A stretch of DNA of 40,109 nt from Candidatus Anderseniibacteriota bacterium (GCA_040881505.1 JBBEDC010000013.1:1-40109), one strand, 5' to 3'; shown: positions 17,358 through 28,609, counted from the stretch's first letter. Made by a program: numbers and translations. The notes: a model not told the origin generated them from the letters alone.

Positions 17358-18521
17358 ATGTCTGAAACTAGTACGAAAAAAGAGGATCTCATGGGGAAGC
17401 TGCTCGAGCAGCATGAAGATCTTGTCCATGTGCCCGAGCGAGGAGAAATTCTCACAGGCACTATTCTCGAAAAAACCAGTAATGCCATGTATGTCGACCT
17501 GGGGCAGCTCGGCGTCGGTGTTATATACGGCCGTGAATTATTTGATGATCTCGACACATTCGAGACAGCTAAGATCGGTGACACCGTCCAAGCTAGTGTT
17601 CAACAGGTAGACAATGAAGATGGATACGTTGAGCTCTCCTTGCGTTCTGCGACACGTGAACGTAGCTGGGAAGAACTCAAACATAAACTCACGCAGGAGG
17701 TTGCGCTTGAGACGGAGATTATGGATGCAAACAAGGGTGGACTCATGGTTCGCATAAGTGGAGTTACTGGTTTTCTACCAGTGTCTCAGCTGGCACCTGA
17801 TCACTATCCCCGCGTTGAAGGTGGAGATAAGAACAAGATCCTTGAGAAGCTGAAGAGCTACGTGGGACAAAAATTTACTGTGAAGATTATTAATCTTGAT
17901 CAAGAAGAGGAGAAGCTTATCGTCTCAGAGAAGAGCGCAGTGAGTGATGAAATCAGCACCACGCTGGCTCAGCTCGGTGAAGGCAAGGTAGTAGAGGGGA
18001 CCGTTAGTGGAATTGTAGACTTCGGCGCCTTCGTAAAGTTTGAGGAAAGTGGGCAGGAGCTCGAGGGACTGGTCCATATTTCCGAACTCGCTTGGCAGCG
18101 AATTGATAACCCATCCGACTTCGTCCAGATCGGAGAGAAAGTTAAGGCCAAGGTTATTGGTGTGGATGATGGTCTCCGCATATCACTATCTATCAAACAG
18201 CTAGAGGAAGATCCGTGGTCAAAGGTAGGTGAGAGGTTTAAGATCGGCGACAAAGTTGAAGGTGAAGTGCTAAAGGTGACACCATTCGGTGGCTTCATAA
18301 AATTGGATGAGCAAATCCATGGGCTAGTTCATATTTCTGAACTCCCAGATGAAGCGCAGAAGGATCCATCCACTCTTCTCCAAGCTGGTGAACGAAAGAA
18401 ATTTACTGTTATATCCCTAGAGCCAAAGGAGCACCGCTTAGGGTTGAGCCTCCGCACAACTCCGCGAAAGGATATAAAGAAAGATAAGAAGAAGGAAGAA
18501 AAAGAGGCCGACAAGGAGTAA
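17358..18521 (+). CDS. rpsA: 30S ribosomal protein S1-like, four S1 domains
   Basis: 387 aa with four repeated S1/OB modules (G.I....GA(F)V.(L/F)...EG(L)VHISEL) and a Lys-rich tail. Confidence 0.85.
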   Translation: MSETSTKKEDLMGKLLEQHEDLVHVPERGEILTGTILEKTSNAMYVDLGQLGVGVIYGRELFDDLDTFETAKIGDTVQASVQQVDNEDGYVELSLRSATRERSWEELKHKLTQEVALETEIMDANKGGLMVRISGVTGFLPVSQLAPDHYPRVEGGDKNKILEKLKSYVGQKFTVKIINLDQEEEKLIVSEKSAVSDEISTTLAQLGEGKVVEGTVSGIVDFGAFVKFEESGQELEGLVHISELAWQRIDNPSDFVQIGEKVKAKVIGVDDGLRISLSIKQLEEDPWSKVGERFKIGDKVEGEVLKVTPFGGFIKLDEQIHGLVHISELPDEAQKDPSTLLQAGERKKFTVISLEPKEHRLGLSLRTTPRKDIKKDKKKEEKEADKE

Positions 18522-18540
18522 GCTCTCCTGAATTAAAAAA

Positions 18541-18568
18541 CGACCTGCGGATTATGCGGGTCGTTTTT
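18541..18568. terminator. bidirectional rho-independent terminator (rpsA on plus, tRNA-Ala on minus)
   Basis: AAAAAA-CGACCTGC-GGATTAT-GCGGGTCG-TTTTT. Confidence 0.8.
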
Positions 18569-18585
18569 AATTACACAAAGTTTAG

Positions 18586-18661
18586 TGGTGGACTCAGGGA
18601 GATTCGAACTCCCGACCTCTCCCATGCCATGGGAGCGCTCTGCCAGCTGAGCTATGAGCCC
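18586..18661 (-). tRNA. tRNA-Ala(GGC), CCA encoded
   Basis: The reverse complement folds as GGGCTCA/TGAGTCC acceptor with the G3:U70 Ala identity pair, anticodon stem CTCCC/GGGAG, loop ATGGCAT, T-arm GGGAG-TTCGAAT-CTCCC, then ACCA. Confidence 0.92.
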
Positions 18662-18738
18662 TGAAAGTTTCCTCAAAATACAATACCGTGCAGCTTCAAG
18701 CAATAGTCGTTTAAGAAAGAATGTGAAATACTCTCAGT

Positions 18739-19983
18739 GTGCTGCGGATATCAACCCCAAATTTATTTATCCTCTTGGTAGTAGTTTCAGTACTTCCACT
18801 TCAAAGCTCAGTGCTTCCTTTTCTGCTCTCTCCGCGTGAGCTGTGGAACGACTGGAGCTGGCTTCTAACCATAGTTCTTGTGTTCACAATATTCTCTCTG
18901 CCTAAAGGCTTTATTCATCGCATGAACACAGCCAGTGTACATCTACTTTTGGGCGGGTCCGCCTTTGTTGTTTTTATGTCTGCACTCAATGGTGGCGCGT
19001 TGCACACCACGCTTTCTTTCGTCACCATCCTCTGGCTATTCATCGTGCTTATAAATACTTCCAGGCGCCAGCAAGATATATTTGGGTTTGTGCTAATAGG
19101 ATTGCTCGCAATATTTGCGCAGTGGGGTGTGCTACAGTTTTCGCTCCAGCAGGACTTAGGGCTTCAATATATAGGTGAGTCAAATATTGGACCATCTGTC
19201 CCAGCAGTTGCAAAGTTTTTTTCAGAGTACAATGACATAAAGCTCATTAGAGCATATGGACCATACCCTCACAGCAATCCATACGGAGGAGCAGCTCTGG
19301 TTGGCCTGCTTCTTCTACCCTACTTTACTGGTAGATATTCTGGGCAGCATGGTCGGTACCTGCGAATACTTGAAGCTGTCCTTACGGGGGTATTCTGTCT
19401 AGCCGTATTCCTAAGCTTTTCGAGGGCTGCCATTGCGGGAGTATTGATTCTATTTATCCTGTCATGGGCCCGACGCAGGCAGGCACCTGGGCCAGTCCTA
19501 AATATTCGTATACTTGGCCTTGCGATTGTTACTCTCCTGCTGCTATTTTCCCCTCTCCTATATAGCCGAAACACTGACACTGAAGATGTGGCTCTCGTAG
19601 ATCGTGTTTCCGGCATCGAATGGTCAATGAACATTATTCGTGAACATCCTCTTTTGGGTGTAGGTCCTGGCAATTACACAGCAGCTTTAGAGGGTTACTT
19701 AGTGTCTGAAAACATTCCCGTGAACAATTGGGAGGTAGCTCCTGTTCATTCTGTTCCACTTCTGCTTGCAAGCGAGTGGGGCCTGCTCACTTCGATATCT
19801 ATACTCGCTTTCGTAGCTTGGCTTATGCGGCGCTCAGTTGGTCAGCTTACGCTTATTACATTTCCATTGTTCCCCCTTTTGCTGCTTGACCATTTTTATT
19901 ACACACAGGTTTTTTTACTTCTGCTGCTGATCTTTACGGGTTGGTTTTTACTTTCTCGGAGGAACCGTACTTTAAACTCGTAA
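18739..19983 (+). CDS. O-antigen ligase/Wzy-like polytopic membrane protein
   Basis: About 10 or more hydrophobic helices. The FLSFSRAAIAG segment resembles the Wzy_C signature. Start is uncertain: the track start is a GTG and the first ATG is ~60 codons in. Confidence 0.6.
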   Translation: MLRISTPNLFILLVVVSVLPLQSSVLPFLLSPRELWNDWSWLLTIVLVFTIFSLPKGFIHRMNTASVHLLLGGSAFVVFMSALNGGALHTTLSFVTILWLFIVLINTSRRQQDIFGFVLIGLLAIFAQWGVLQFSLQQDLGLQYIGESNIGPSVPAVAKFFSEYNDIKLIRAYGPYPHSNPYGGAALVGLLLLPYFTGRYSGQHGRYLRILEAVLTGVFCLAVFLSFSRAAIAGVLILFILSWARRRQAPGPVLNIRILGLAIVTLLLLFSPLLYSRNTDTEDVALVDRVSGIEWSMNIIREHPLLGVGPGNYTAALEGYLVSENIPVNNWEVAPVHSVPLLLASEWGLLTSISILAFVAWLMRRSVGQLTLITFPLFPLLLLDHFYYTQVFLLLLLIFTGWFLLSRRNRTLNS

Positions 19984-20039
19984 CTAACACAGCTGTTCCT
20001 TTTCACTGTTTCACCCTCAGGTGTTGTACAATAAAAGGC

Positions 20040-22745
20040 ATGGAAAAATCCTTCACCTCCTCGAATCTGTTCCACCCTCACTTAATGAAACGAGAGGAAG
20101 TACTGACGCGCCTTAATGTTCGACCCGACCAAGGACTTTCTGATCGCGAAGTTAAAAAACGAGCTAGTGAATTTGGAACTAACGAATTGCCACGAGCCCC
20201 CCGAAGACGATTTGTTTTCATCTTCCTCGATCGGTTTCGAGACATTCTTGTTCTTATTCTCATAGCTGCTGCCGTAGTCTCTTTTTTGCTTGGTCACGCA
20301 GAAGATGTAGTCATTATCGCCATCGCTATTTTTATTGATGTTTTTCTAAGTTTCATTCAAGTATGGCGGACCGAAAAGACTCTCGCTCGAATGCGGCAGC
20401 AAGTAGAGGATACAATTACCGTCCGCAGGGGTAGTGCATCACGCGCGCTTCCAGCTCGAGAGCTCGTTATCGGTGACATTATTGAGCTACGAGCAGGCGA
20501 GCGTGTACCTGCTGATGCCCGACTGATCAAAGTACAGGGACTCAGAACACAAGAGGCTGCTTTAACAGGTGAGGCAAGCGACGTTCAAAAACATACGCAT
20601 CCCCTGTCGACTAAAACTCCAATAAGCAGTAGAGCAAACATGATCTTCGCTGGAACTGTAATAGTAAGTGGTTCTGGGGAAGCTGTTGTAACACACGTAG
20701 GCACCCGGACTGAATTTGGGAAGATTGCTCAGGTATTGCGAGAACAACGATCCCCTGATTCTCCTCTACGAAAAAAACTCCAGCGTAAAGGAATTCAGAT
20801 CGGCTGGTTCATTATCGTCGCTGTCACTATCCTGACTGTTATTGAAATCATCCAGGGCAGTACGCTGGCAGATGCGGGACGCACTGCCATTACCCTGATG
20901 GTTAGTGCAATTCCTGAAGACCTAACCATGATCCTGACTATCGCTCTGACAGTCGGGGTCACGCGGATATTGCGGCGAGGTGGCGTAGTACGCAAGCTAA
21001 GTTCCGGTGAAACACTTGGTGCCGCCACCGTTATTTGCACTGATAAGACGGGGACATTGACCGAAGGCAAAATGAAAGCCGTGTCTTTTAACTTCCTTCA
21101 GGGAGACTCTATCCTCCCAGGACACACTTCAGAAGAGCCAATGCATATTCTGGCATTTAAGGGGATGGTCCTCGCCAGCGATGCTCACAAGGCTTCCAAA
21201 AATGGCAAGGAGCAAGAGTATGTCGGATCATCTACTGAACGCACTGCACTAGCTTTTGTGGAACAGCTAGGGATGGACTCAGACGAGGTACGCCAAACAT
21301 GGCGTAAGCGCGATAGCCTGACATTCAGCTCCGAATGGAAGTACCGAGCAATTCTCGCAGATCACCCCACCCAACCAACCCAAACTATTTTCGTAACCGG
21401 TGCACCTGATGTACTTCTTGCCCAAAGCTCTTCGGCGTTGAATAAGCAGAATGAAGATTCGCCCTTAACTAACTCCTCGCGCCACATCCTCGAACAAAGG
21501 ATCAACCAGCTCGCCAGCCAGGGATATCGCTTGATCGCAGTAGCTGTCAGGCGCCACGTATCACAAACTGAACTTACCCACAAAGATATACACGATCTAA
21601 GTTTCTTAGGAGTGTTGGCGATTGAAGACCCTGTTCGGCTTGATGTTGCTAGCTCTATTAAAGAAACACTTTCAGCTGGCGTTCACGTAAAGCTCATCAC
21701 CGGCGATCACATCGGCACAGCTAAGGCAGTTGCCAAAGCTGCGGGCCTCACTGCTAACGAAGACACTTCGCTTTCAGGACAAGAACTGCAGGAAATGAGC
21801 GACCAAGAACTGACCGAAGCGATGAAGACAGTAACAATATTCTCTCGTATCGAGCCACTTGATAAGCACCGCATTATTCGCATTCTTCAAAAGCAGGGGC
21901 ACGTCGTAGCTATGACCGGAGACGGCGTAAACGATGCAGTGGCCCTCAAGAGCGCTGATATTGGAGTAGCAATGGGCAGTGGAACGGACATCGCCAAAGA
22001 TTCTGCTGACCTAGTCCTTCTTAATAATAGCTTTACGACTATTGTTGCTGCTATTAAGGAAGGTCGTGTTCTTCGCGATAATATCCGTAAAGTCATTGCA
22101 TTTCTGTTAGCAACTAACGCTGCTGAAGTAGCTATTTTCTTTGTCAGCGTTATTTTCGGCATGCCGCTTCCATTGCTACCGACGCAGATCCTCTGGATTA
22201 ACCTTGTTACTGACGGCACCTCAGATATCGCCTTGTCGCTTGAACCAGCAGAGGACGATGTCATGAAACGCAACCCCGAGGACCCTAGCGCTTCGCTCCT
22301 CAGTCGAAACCTGACATTCCACATTATCTTTTCAGGCCTCATCATGACCGTAGGCACTATGAGTCTCTTCTGGTATCTCCTGGAATATACGCAAAGCCCA
22401 CTGCCTTACGCTCGAACAATGGCATTCACCTTTTTATCCGTGGCCTCGCTGCTGTCAGTGTGGAGCTTCAAGTCGATGCGTTTTATGATGTTTCACCAAA
22501 CGTTTTGGAATAATAAATGGATTTTTGTATCAGCGGGGTTTTCCTTTGGCCTTCATATGCTAGCAGTCTACATTCCTGGTTTCCAGCGATTCTTTGACAC
22601 CGTACCCCTACGGCTCTCAGATTGGAGTATTATCTTAGGCCTTGCCGCTGTCACGATCGTCCTCATCGACTTGCGTAAACTTATCTTCAAACAACCCGTC
22701 TCTACTGCGTGGACACCAGCTATAAAACCGATAACCGCGAAATAG
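20040..22745 (+). CDS. P-type cation-transporting ATPase (type II, Ca2+/cation)
   Basis: LTGEA actuator motif, phosphorylation site CTDKTGTLT, hinge TGDGVNDA, 10-TM layout. I prefer the ATG at 20040 (MEKSF...) because the track's extension overlaps the upstream gene. The TM4 motif reads PEDL rather than PEGL. Confidence 0.92.
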   Translation: MEKSFTSSNLFHPHLMKREEVLTRLNVRPDQGLSDREVKKRASEFGTNELPRAPRRRFVFIFLDRFRDILVLILIAAAVVSFLLGHAEDVVIIAIAIFIDVFLSFIQVWRTEKTLARMRQQVEDTITVRRGSASRALPARELVIGDIIELRAGERVPADARLIKVQGLRTQEAALTGEASDVQKHTHPLSTKTPISSRANMIFAGTVIVSGSGEAVVTHVGTRTEFGKIAQVLREQRSPDSPLRKKLQRKGIQIGWFIIVAVTILTVIEIIQGSTLADAGRTAITLMVSAIPEDLTMILTIALTVGVTRILRRGGVVRKLSSGETLGAATVICTDKTGTLTEGKMKAVSFNFLQGDSILPGHTSEEPMHILAFKGMVLASDAHKASKNGKEQEYVGSSTERTALAFVEQLGMDSDEVRQTWRKRDSLTFSSEWKYRAILADHPTQPTQTIFVTGAPDVLLAQSSSALNKQNEDSPLTNSSRHILEQRINQLASQGYRLIAVAVRRHVSQTELTHKDIHDLSFLGVLAIEDPVRLDVASSIKETLSAGVHVKLITGDHIGTAKAVAKAAGLTANEDTSLSGQELQEMSDQELTEAMKTVTIFSRIEPLDKHRIIRILQKQGHVVAMTGDGVNDAVALKSADIGVAMGSGTDIAKDSADLVLLNNSFTTIVAAIKEGRVLRDNIRKVIAFLLATNAAEVAIFFVSVIFGMPLPLLPTQILWINLVTDGTSDIALSLEPAEDDVMKRNPEDPSASLLSRNLTFHIIFSGLIMTVGTMSLFWYLLEYTQSPLPYARTMAFTFLSVASLLSVWSFKSMRFMMFHQTFWNNKWIFVSAGFSFGLHMLAVYIPGFQRFFDTVPLRLSDWSIILGLAAVTIVLIDLRKLIFKQPVSTAWTPAIKPITAK

Positions 22746-22753
22746 GCGAACGC

Positions 22754-22782
22754 TTGACATATATGGCTTTCGAGAATACAAT
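22754..22782 (+). promoter_or_regulatory. sigma70-like promoter upstream of nusA
   Basis: TTGACA (22754-22759), 17-nt spacer, TACAAT (22777-22782). It is followed by a perfect 9-bp hairpin TTCCGCGGC-AAT-GCCGCGGAA at 22796-22816 in the leader. Confidence 0.55.
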
Positions 22783-22848
22783 AGAGACATCATATTTCCG
22801 CGGCAATGCCGCGGAATTCTCATAAATAACAACTAAATACTTACAATT

Positions 22849-24048
22849 ATGGCAGAAGAACAAGGATCATTCAGCCTGGCTATCGACCAGATTGTTGCCG
22901 AAAAAGGAATTAGCAAGGAAAAAGTGCTTGAGACTATCGAAGCGGCGTTAGCGGCTGCATACCGCAAAGACTATGGCGAACGTGGACAAGACATTCGAGC
23001 TGAATTTAACGAAGATGACGGAACTGCTCGTATTTTTAAAGTTGTAACCGTTGTCGAAACTGAAGAAGATCTGGAAAATCCAGCTGCACAAATTCTACTA
23101 GAAGAAGCTAAGAAGACCGATTCTGAAGCAGAAGTAGGAAAGGAATACGTTGAAGAGGTTACCCCCACAGATCCAAATTATGGTCGAGTTGCCGCTCAAA
23201 CTGCAAAACAAGTAATCATCCAGCGTATCCGAGAAGCAGAGCGTGAAGCAGTATTTGAAGAATACAAGGATAAAGAAGGGGAAATCATTTCCGGCATTGT
23301 GCAGCGCATTGAACGAGATGTAGCGTTTGTTGATATTGGACGCACTACCGGAATCTTGTTTCCAAGTGAGCAGGTACGAGGCGAGCGATACCGCTTGAAC
23401 CAGCGTATCCGCGTATATGTAGTAAAAGTAGAGCTTTCAAGCCGCGGCCCTGAAATTATTCTCTCACGCAGCCACCCTGGAATGCTTCGTCGTTTGTTTG
23501 AGCTTGAAGTACCGGAAATATTCGCCGGCAGCGTAGAGATCAAAGGAATCGCCCGCGAAGCAGGCGAAAGATCTAAGATCTCTGTCTGGGCTAAAGAAGA
23601 CGGAGTAGATCCTGTGGGAGCCTGCATCGGCCAACGCGGCACCCGCATCCAAACAATTATTGCTGAACTATCTGGTGAAAAGATTGATGTCATTCAGTGG
23701 GATGAAGATCCAGCTCACTATATCGCAAATGCCCTTTCTCCTGCCCGCGTAGTTGCAGTAGATATTTTTGAGGATGAGAAGAAGGCCTTGGCGCACGTTG
23801 ATGAAGATCAGCTTAGCCTGGCAATCGGAAAGCGCGGTCAGAACGTACGCCTGGCAGCCAAATTAAGCGGCTGGCGCATAGACATCGTTAAAGCAGGTGA
23901 AGCAGAGGCTGTAGAAGGCGGAGCTGCTCCTGAAACACCAGAAGAGGAACCTACAGTAGAAGAGGTTCCTTCTGAAAAAGCCTCTTCAAACACTCCTGAA
24001 GACAAGCCTGCCCCTGAAGCACCGACAGAAGAGGAGAAGAAAGAGTAG
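22849..24048 (+). CDS. nusA: transcription termination/antitermination factor NusA
   Basis: N-terminal domain, S1 domain, two KH domains ([12 protein letters not shown]; [13 protein letters not shown]), acidic Pro/Glu tail. Confidence 0.95.
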   Translation: MAEEQGSFSLAIDQIVAEKGISKEKVLETIEAALAAAYRKDYGERGQDIRAEFNEDDGTARIFKVVTVVETEEDLENPAAQILLEEAKKTDSEAEVGKEYVEEVTPTDPNYGRVAAQTAKQVIIQRIREAEREAVFEEYKDKEGEIISGIVQRIERDVAFVDIGRTTGILFPSEQVRGERYRLNQRIRVYVVKVELSSRGPEIILSRSHPGMLRRLFELEVPEIFAGSVEIKGIAREAGERSKISVWAKEDGVDPVGACIGQRGTRIQTIIAELSGEKIDVIQWDEDPAHYIANALSPARVVAVDIFEDEKKALAHVDEDQLSLAIGKRGQNVRLAAKLSGWRIDIVKAGEAEAVEGGAAPETPEEEPTVEEVPSEKASSNTPEDKPAPEAPTEEEKKE

Positions 24049-24070
24049 GAAGCCCCCACAACGCTATTTC

Positions 24071-24101
24071 CACAACATCGGCCTTAAGGGCCGATGTTGT
24101 G
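24071..24101 (+). terminator. strong stem-loop after nusA (possible terminator or stability element)
   Basis: Perfect 13-bp stem CACAACATCGGCC-TTAAG-GGCCGATGTTGTG. The downstream T-tract is weak (TATGAGTGTATTT). Confidence 0.4.
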
Positions 24102-24176
24102 TATGAGTGTATTTGCGCTCAGGCGGCTACCTGGCGTACAACGAATAGAAGTCTTTAATTCCTTAAAAGACCAAAT

Positions 24177-26165
24177 ATGCAGTACGAATACGTTGTTGGA
24201 GGGGTCGCAGTTCTAGGTCTGGTTTATGCCGCCTGGCGAGCAAAACAAATATCAGACATATCAGTTACTTCGGCAAAGGCACAGGAAATTGCCGATGCCA
24301 TTCGCGAAGGATCAATGGCGTTTCTACGCCGAGAGTATCGAGTCCTTACAATTTTTGTTATCGCCGTTGCGATTCTTCTTGCCTTAACCCCAGCTATGTT
24401 TGGACCAGAGAATGCCGTAGCAACAGGCACAATCTGGGCCTTTATTATCGGTGCTCTGCTATCTGCTGTAGCTGGCAATATCGGTATGCGCATCGCCACG
24501 CTGGCAAATGTCCGCACAGCCGAGGGAGCGCAGCGCAGTCTAGGAGATGGCCTGGGCGTCGCGTTTGCTTCTGGCTCGGTCATGGGGCTTTCAGTTGTAA
24601 GCCTTGGGCTACTCGGTGTTGTATCGCTATACATCTGGCTCAAGGATCCAAATCTGGTATTCGGATTTGGTTTCGGAGCCTCAGCTGTAGCTCTCTTTGC
24701 CCGAGTGGGTGGGGGGATCTATACCAAAGCTGCTGACGTAGGCGCAGATTTAGTTGGAAAGGTAGAACAAGGCATCCCCGAAGACGACCCTCGTAACCCT
24801 GCAACAATCGCTGACAATGTAGGGGACAACGTCGGAGATGTAGCTGGTATGGGAGCTGATCTGTTTGAAAGCTATGTTGATACTATTATTGCTGCAATGG
24901 CTCTAGGATTAGCTGCCAGCGCCCTCTATGGCCCTAACGGCATTCTGTATCCTCTTGGTATTGCCGCAATCGGTATTATCGCCAGTGCCATTGGAGTATT
25001 CGTGGTTAAAACTGACGATGAGCGAAAAATTGGCTCGGCGATGAATAAGGGAATTCTCGTTGCGGGAGTACTTACTCTAGCTGGAGCATGGTGGCTAACA
25101 AGCAGCATGTTTGGTGACCTCACCCTGTTCTGGGTGATCGTAACTGGCCTCGTGTCTGGTGCCCTGATTGGCCTCATTACTGAGTACTACACCAGCCATC
25201 ACCGAAAGCCTACCCGCGATGTAGCCGAAGCTTCTCAAACAGGAGCTGCTACCACCATTATTGCCGGCTTAGGGCTAGGCATGATGTCTACAGCTTGGCC
25301 GATTATCATCGTTGCTGCTGCAATCCTCATCTCGTACAACCTGGCTGAGTTCTACGGTATTGCAATTGCTGCAGTTGGAATGCTTTCAACTCTCGGCATC
25401 ACACTTGCATCTGATACCTATGGCCCGGTAGCTGATAACGCTGCTGGTATTGCTGAGATGGCCGGCATGGGAGCTGAGACTCGAGAGCGCGCTGAAGCGC
25501 TTGATGCAGTTGGAAACACTACTGCTGCCATTGGTAAAGGATTCGCGATTGGATCAGCTGCATTAACGGCCTTGGCCTTGCTTGTCAGCTTCATCACCTT
25601 CTCCGACATCACTACTATTGATGTCATCCAACCAAAGGTCATGGTCGGATTGTTATTCGGTGGCATGTTGCCGTTTGTCTTCTCGGCCTTAGCAATGCAG
25701 GCCGTAGGCACCTCTGCTATGAAAATGGTGAACGAAGTACGCCGGCAATTCCGTGAAATTAAGGGGCTAACGGAAGGGACAGCCAAGCCTGACTACAACC
25801 GCTGTGTTGATATTGCGACTACTGCCGCTTTAAATGAGATGGTGCTGCCAACTGTGCTGGCAATTGTGGTGCCATTAGCTGTCGGATTCATTCTTGGGCC
25901 TGAGCCTCTTGGAGGTCTTCTAGCAGGTGGAATTGTAACGGGCTTCTTGATGGCTGTTATGCAATCGAATGCCGGGGGAGCCTGGGATAACGCAAAGAAG
26001 TACATCGAGGCAGGAAACCTGGGAGGAAAGGGATCCGTAAATCATAAAGCCGCAGTTGTTGGTGATACGGTTGGCGATCCGTTCAAGGATACGTCAGGGC
26101 CTTCCCTAAACATTCTGATCAAGCTTATGAGTATCGTCGCGCTGATCATCGCTCCGATGCTCTAA
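24177..26165 (+). CDS. hppA: membrane-bound pyrophosphatase, probably the K+-dependent type
   Basis: 662 aa, polytopic. [27 protein letters not shown], and [18 protein letters not shown]. Ala rather than Lys in GNTTAA is the known marker of K+-dependent enzymes. Confidence 0.95.
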   Translation: MQYEYVVGGVAVLGLVYAAWRAKQISDISVTSAKAQEIADAIREGSMAFLRREYRVLTIFVIAVAILLALTPAMFGPENAVATGTIWAFIIGALLSAVAGNIGMRIATLANVRTAEGAQRSLGDGLGVAFASGSVMGLSVVSLGLLGVVSLYIWLKDPNLVFGFGFGASAVALFARVGGGIYTKAADVGADLVGKVEQGIPEDDPRNPATIADNVGDNVGDVAGMGADLFESYVDTIIAAMALGLAASALYGPNGILYPLGIAAIGIIASAIGVFVVKTDDERKIGSAMNKGILVAGVLTLAGAWWLTSSMFGDLTLFWVIVTGLVSGALIGLITEYYTSHHRKPTRDVAEASQTGAATTIIAGLGLGMMSTAWPIIIVAAAILISYNLAEFYGIAIAAVGMLSTLGITLASDTYGPVADNAAGIAEMAGMGAETRERAEALDAVGNTTAAIGKGFAIGSAALTALALLVSFITFSDITTIDVIQPKVMVGLLFGGMLPFVFSALAMQAVGTSAMKMVNEVRRQFREIKGLTEGTAKPDYNRCVDIATTAALNEMVLPTVLAIVVPLAVGFILGPEPLGGLLAGGIVTGFLMAVMQSNAGGAWDNAKKYIEAGNLGGKGSVNHKAAVVGDTVGDPFKDTSGPSLNILIKLMSIVALIIAPML

Positions 26166-26191
26166 GAATTATTCGATTTGACGGGAAAACG

Positions 26192-26230
26192 AAACCGTGG
26201 CTACACTCAAAGCCACGGTTTTTCGTTCTT
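26192..26230 (+). terminator. rho-independent terminator after hppA
   Basis: AAACCGTGGCT-loop-AGCCACGGTTT (11 bp) followed by TTCGTTCTTTC. Confidence 0.75.
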
Positions 26231-26259
26231 TCTCTCTCTTAGCTAGCCAAGAGGTGACA

Positions 26260-26556
26260 ATGCCAAAAGTGTTTTTCCGCATCCCCGGCGGCCCCCTGTG
26301 TTCTACCAACATGGAGGAGACAGAAATCAAGACAGCACGCCGCCAGGCGTCGCATCCAGGAGGGTATTTACTGCCTCTCGCGGATAACGAGGGGAAGTAT
26401 TCGGGCACCTACCGCGTCTACCACGTAGATATCGTAATGCTTGAACGCTGCAAACACCCATACTTTCTGCTTCAGCATGAAGGCCCTCTCCAAAACCACA
26501 AGAGCTACATCATTAATCCCATGCCTGCTTCTTCGCGCCGTTCACGCAAAAAGTAG
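26260..26556 (+). CDS. small hypothetical protein with basic tail
   Basis: 98-aa ORF from the ATG at 26260, preceded by GAGGTG. The track's longer version begins inside the hppA terminator hairpin. No domain recognised. C-terminus is SSRRSRKK. Confidence 0.35.
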   Translation: MPKVFFRIPGGPLCSTNMEETEIKTARRQASHPGGYLLPLADNEGKYSGTYRVYHVDIVMLERCKHPYFLLQHEGPLQNHKSYIINPMPASSRRSRKK

Positions 26557-26603
26557 GCTTTTTCTTTACAATGGTGGTCAAATTCGCTAGGCTCTAAAAA
26601 CCT

Positions 26604-27896
26604 ATGATAGTCAATATTACTCCCAAAAAAGAAACATCTCAGGTTGAGATGGAAATATCAGTTCCGGCTGAAGAATTTCAACCATTTATCAACAAGGCCG
26701 CTAAAAAGCTCTCAAAGGATGTATCTTTAAAGGGCTTTCGCCCCGGCAAAGCTCCTCTTGATGTAGTGGTCGAACATGTCGGTCAAGAACATGTTCTGCG
26801 CGAGGCTATGGATGCAGCCCTGCCAAAATACTTTGTTGATGCTGCCGTTGAACATAAGGTAGATGCTATCAATCGACCGAACATCACTGTTAAGCAGCTA
26901 GGCTTAGAAGGACCATTTGAGTTCACCGCCATTGTGGATGTCTTGCCAGAGGTAACGCTAGGCGACCCTACGAAAGTAAGTGTTGAAAAGAAAGAAATTA
27001 CAGTGGGGGATAAAGAAATCGAGCAGGAGCTCGGGTACCTGGCAAAGATGCGCGGACAGGACCTCGAAGTAGCCCGCCCCGCTCAAGAAGGTGACACTGT
27101 AAACGTAGATTTTACGGTTAAAATAGACGGTGCTGTCATCGAAGGCGGCGAAAGCAAAAATCACCCCGTTACTCTCGGCGAAGGCCGCTTTATTCCTGAT
27201 TTTGAAAAGAATATTACGGGAATGACCGCGGGAGATACCCGGGACTTTTCAATGACTTTCCCCGATAACTACCCACAAGCAGAGCTCCAGGGTAAAACAG
27301 CTGACGTAACAGTTAAAGCCCATGCTGTTCAAAAGCGCGTTCTCCCTGAAATTAATGATGAGTTTGCTAAAGGATTGGGAGAGTTTAAAGATCTTGAAGA
27401 GCTCAAGGACAAGCTCAAGGAAAACATGAAAAAAGAGCTGTCCCAAAAAGAAGAGGATCGCTACTTGGGAGAGCTGGCGGAAAAATATGCTGAAGTATCT
27501 ACCTTCGGACATATTCCAGAAGTGTTGATAGAGAAAGAAATTGATAACAGGATTGAGGAGTTTGCCTCCATGCTTGCCTACCAGCAGAAGAATCTTGATG
27601 AGTATCTGGCACGGGAAAATAAAACGCTTGATCAAATGAGAGCTGATATGCGCCCTACGGCTGAAAAACGAGTGAAAGTCGGACTTACTCTCCGCCGCTT
27701 TGCGGAAAAAGAAGGTATTACTGTTGAAGAGAAGGAAGTCACAGAAGAGGCAACCGCATATCTCAGCCAGTACAAGGATCCGGAACAGGCGGCAAAGGAG
27801 CTAGATGCCGAGCACCTCCGAGACCATATTGAAAGCGTCATCCGTAACCGTAAAACACTCAAAAAGCTGTCAGAGCTTGCTACGAAACCTGCGTAA
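26604..27896 (+). CDS. tig: trigger factor
   Basis: 430 aa. N-terminal ribosome-binding signature GFRPGKAP, a central FKBP-like segment, and a C-terminal helical arm. Confidence 0.93.
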   Translation: MIVNITPKKETSQVEMEISVPAEEFQPFINKAAKKLSKDVSLKGFRPGKAPLDVVVEHVGQEHVLREAMDAALPKYFVDAAVEHKVDAINRPNITVKQLGLEGPFEFTAIVDVLPEVTLGDPTKVSVEKKEITVGDKEIEQELGYLAKMRGQDLEVARPAQEGDTVNVDFTVKIDGAVIEGGESKNHPVTLGEGRFIPDFEKNITGMTAGDTRDFSMTFPDNYPQAELQGKTADVTVKAHAVQKRVLPEINDEFAKGLGEFKDLEELKDKLKENMKKELSQKEEDRYLGELAEKYAEVSTFGHIPEVLIEKEIDNRIEEFASMLAYQQKNLDEYLARENKTLDQMRADMRPTAEKRVKVGLTLRRFAEKEGITVEEKEVTEEATAYLSQYKDPEQAAKELDAEHLRDHIESVIRNRKTLKKLSELATKPA

Positions 27897-27956
27897 GGTA
27901 TATAGTCGAGGCGTGGAAACCCACTCTCGTTCCTTACAATAAAGGGAGGTGTGGCC

Positions 27957-28583
27957 ATGAATGCGCAAAATGCTGTGCAGCTCGTCGATACCCTGGCTTT
28001 GGCTATCAAGAGCCAAATGGTTCACGTTGCCGTCGACTCGAAGGAGTTCTATGCTCTGCTGTCAGCGTCTGAGAGCGAAGCGAATGACGGCACTCACCTG
28101 AAAGCTTACGTGATGCTGCCTTTGGGACAGTGTATTAATCTGCATGATCCCTTGCCCAACGATTCGTTCGAGGCACTGGAGATCAACACTCCGGCAATCC
28201 ATGTAACTGGACTGGCGGAGTGGCGCAAACAGGCACACAAGCAGTCGCGCAACTCGCTCGACGGCCATCTGGAACGCTTTGCAACGCGTCTGCTGCTTGA
28301 TGATGACGAGAAGCAGCAGCTGACTCTGGAACTCATGAACATGTCGAGGAAGGCAGTGCGCAAGAACCTTGGCGCTGTAAAGGTTTGTCCCAGTGTCTCT
28401 GTGGGACCGCGCTTCACCTCGAAGCTTGACCACAGCATCAAGCTGAAAGTCCTGCTTGATGCGAGCGTGATCAACAAGGCCGCTACCGACGCCACAGCCT
28501 ATCCTGACCCCGCAGGTGATCCAGCTGATGACGGCGATTCAGGATACAAGCCTGGAGACTTCGGGTTCATCACAGGCGCATAA
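27957..28583 (+). CDS. hypothetical protein (GC-rich single-gene cassette between tig and clpP)
   Basis: 208-aa ORF. Strong SD GGGAGG lies 7 nt upstream of the ATG at 27957, and its own terminator follows at 28587. GC3-rich codons differ from both neighbours. No motif recognised; acidic Pro/Asp-rich tail. Confidence 0.65.
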   Translation: MNAQNAVQLVDTLALAIKSQMVHVAVDSKEFYALLSASESEANDGTHLKAYVMLPLGQCINLHDPLPNDSFEALEINTPAIHVTGLAEWRKQAHKQSRNSLDGHLERFATRLLLDDDEKQQLTLELMNMSRKAVRKNLGAVKVCPSVSVGPRFTSKLDHSIKLKVLLDASVINKAATDATAYPDPAGDPADDGDSGYKPGDFGFITGA

Positions 28584-28586
28584 CAT

Positions 28587-28609
28587 GGGTAGGACAACTA
28601 CCCTTTTTT
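28587..28609 (+). terminator. rho-independent terminator of the tig-clpP cassette gene
   Basis: GGGTAG-GACAA-CTACCC followed by TTTTTT. Confidence 0.75.

Noticed and set aside
26547-26560. 14-mer caaaaagtaggctt shared with 30998..31011 (after rny)
   Set aside because: A handful of 14-nt coincidences are expected by chance in 40 kb on two strands. The similarity does not extend beyond the 14-mer and there is no structural context.
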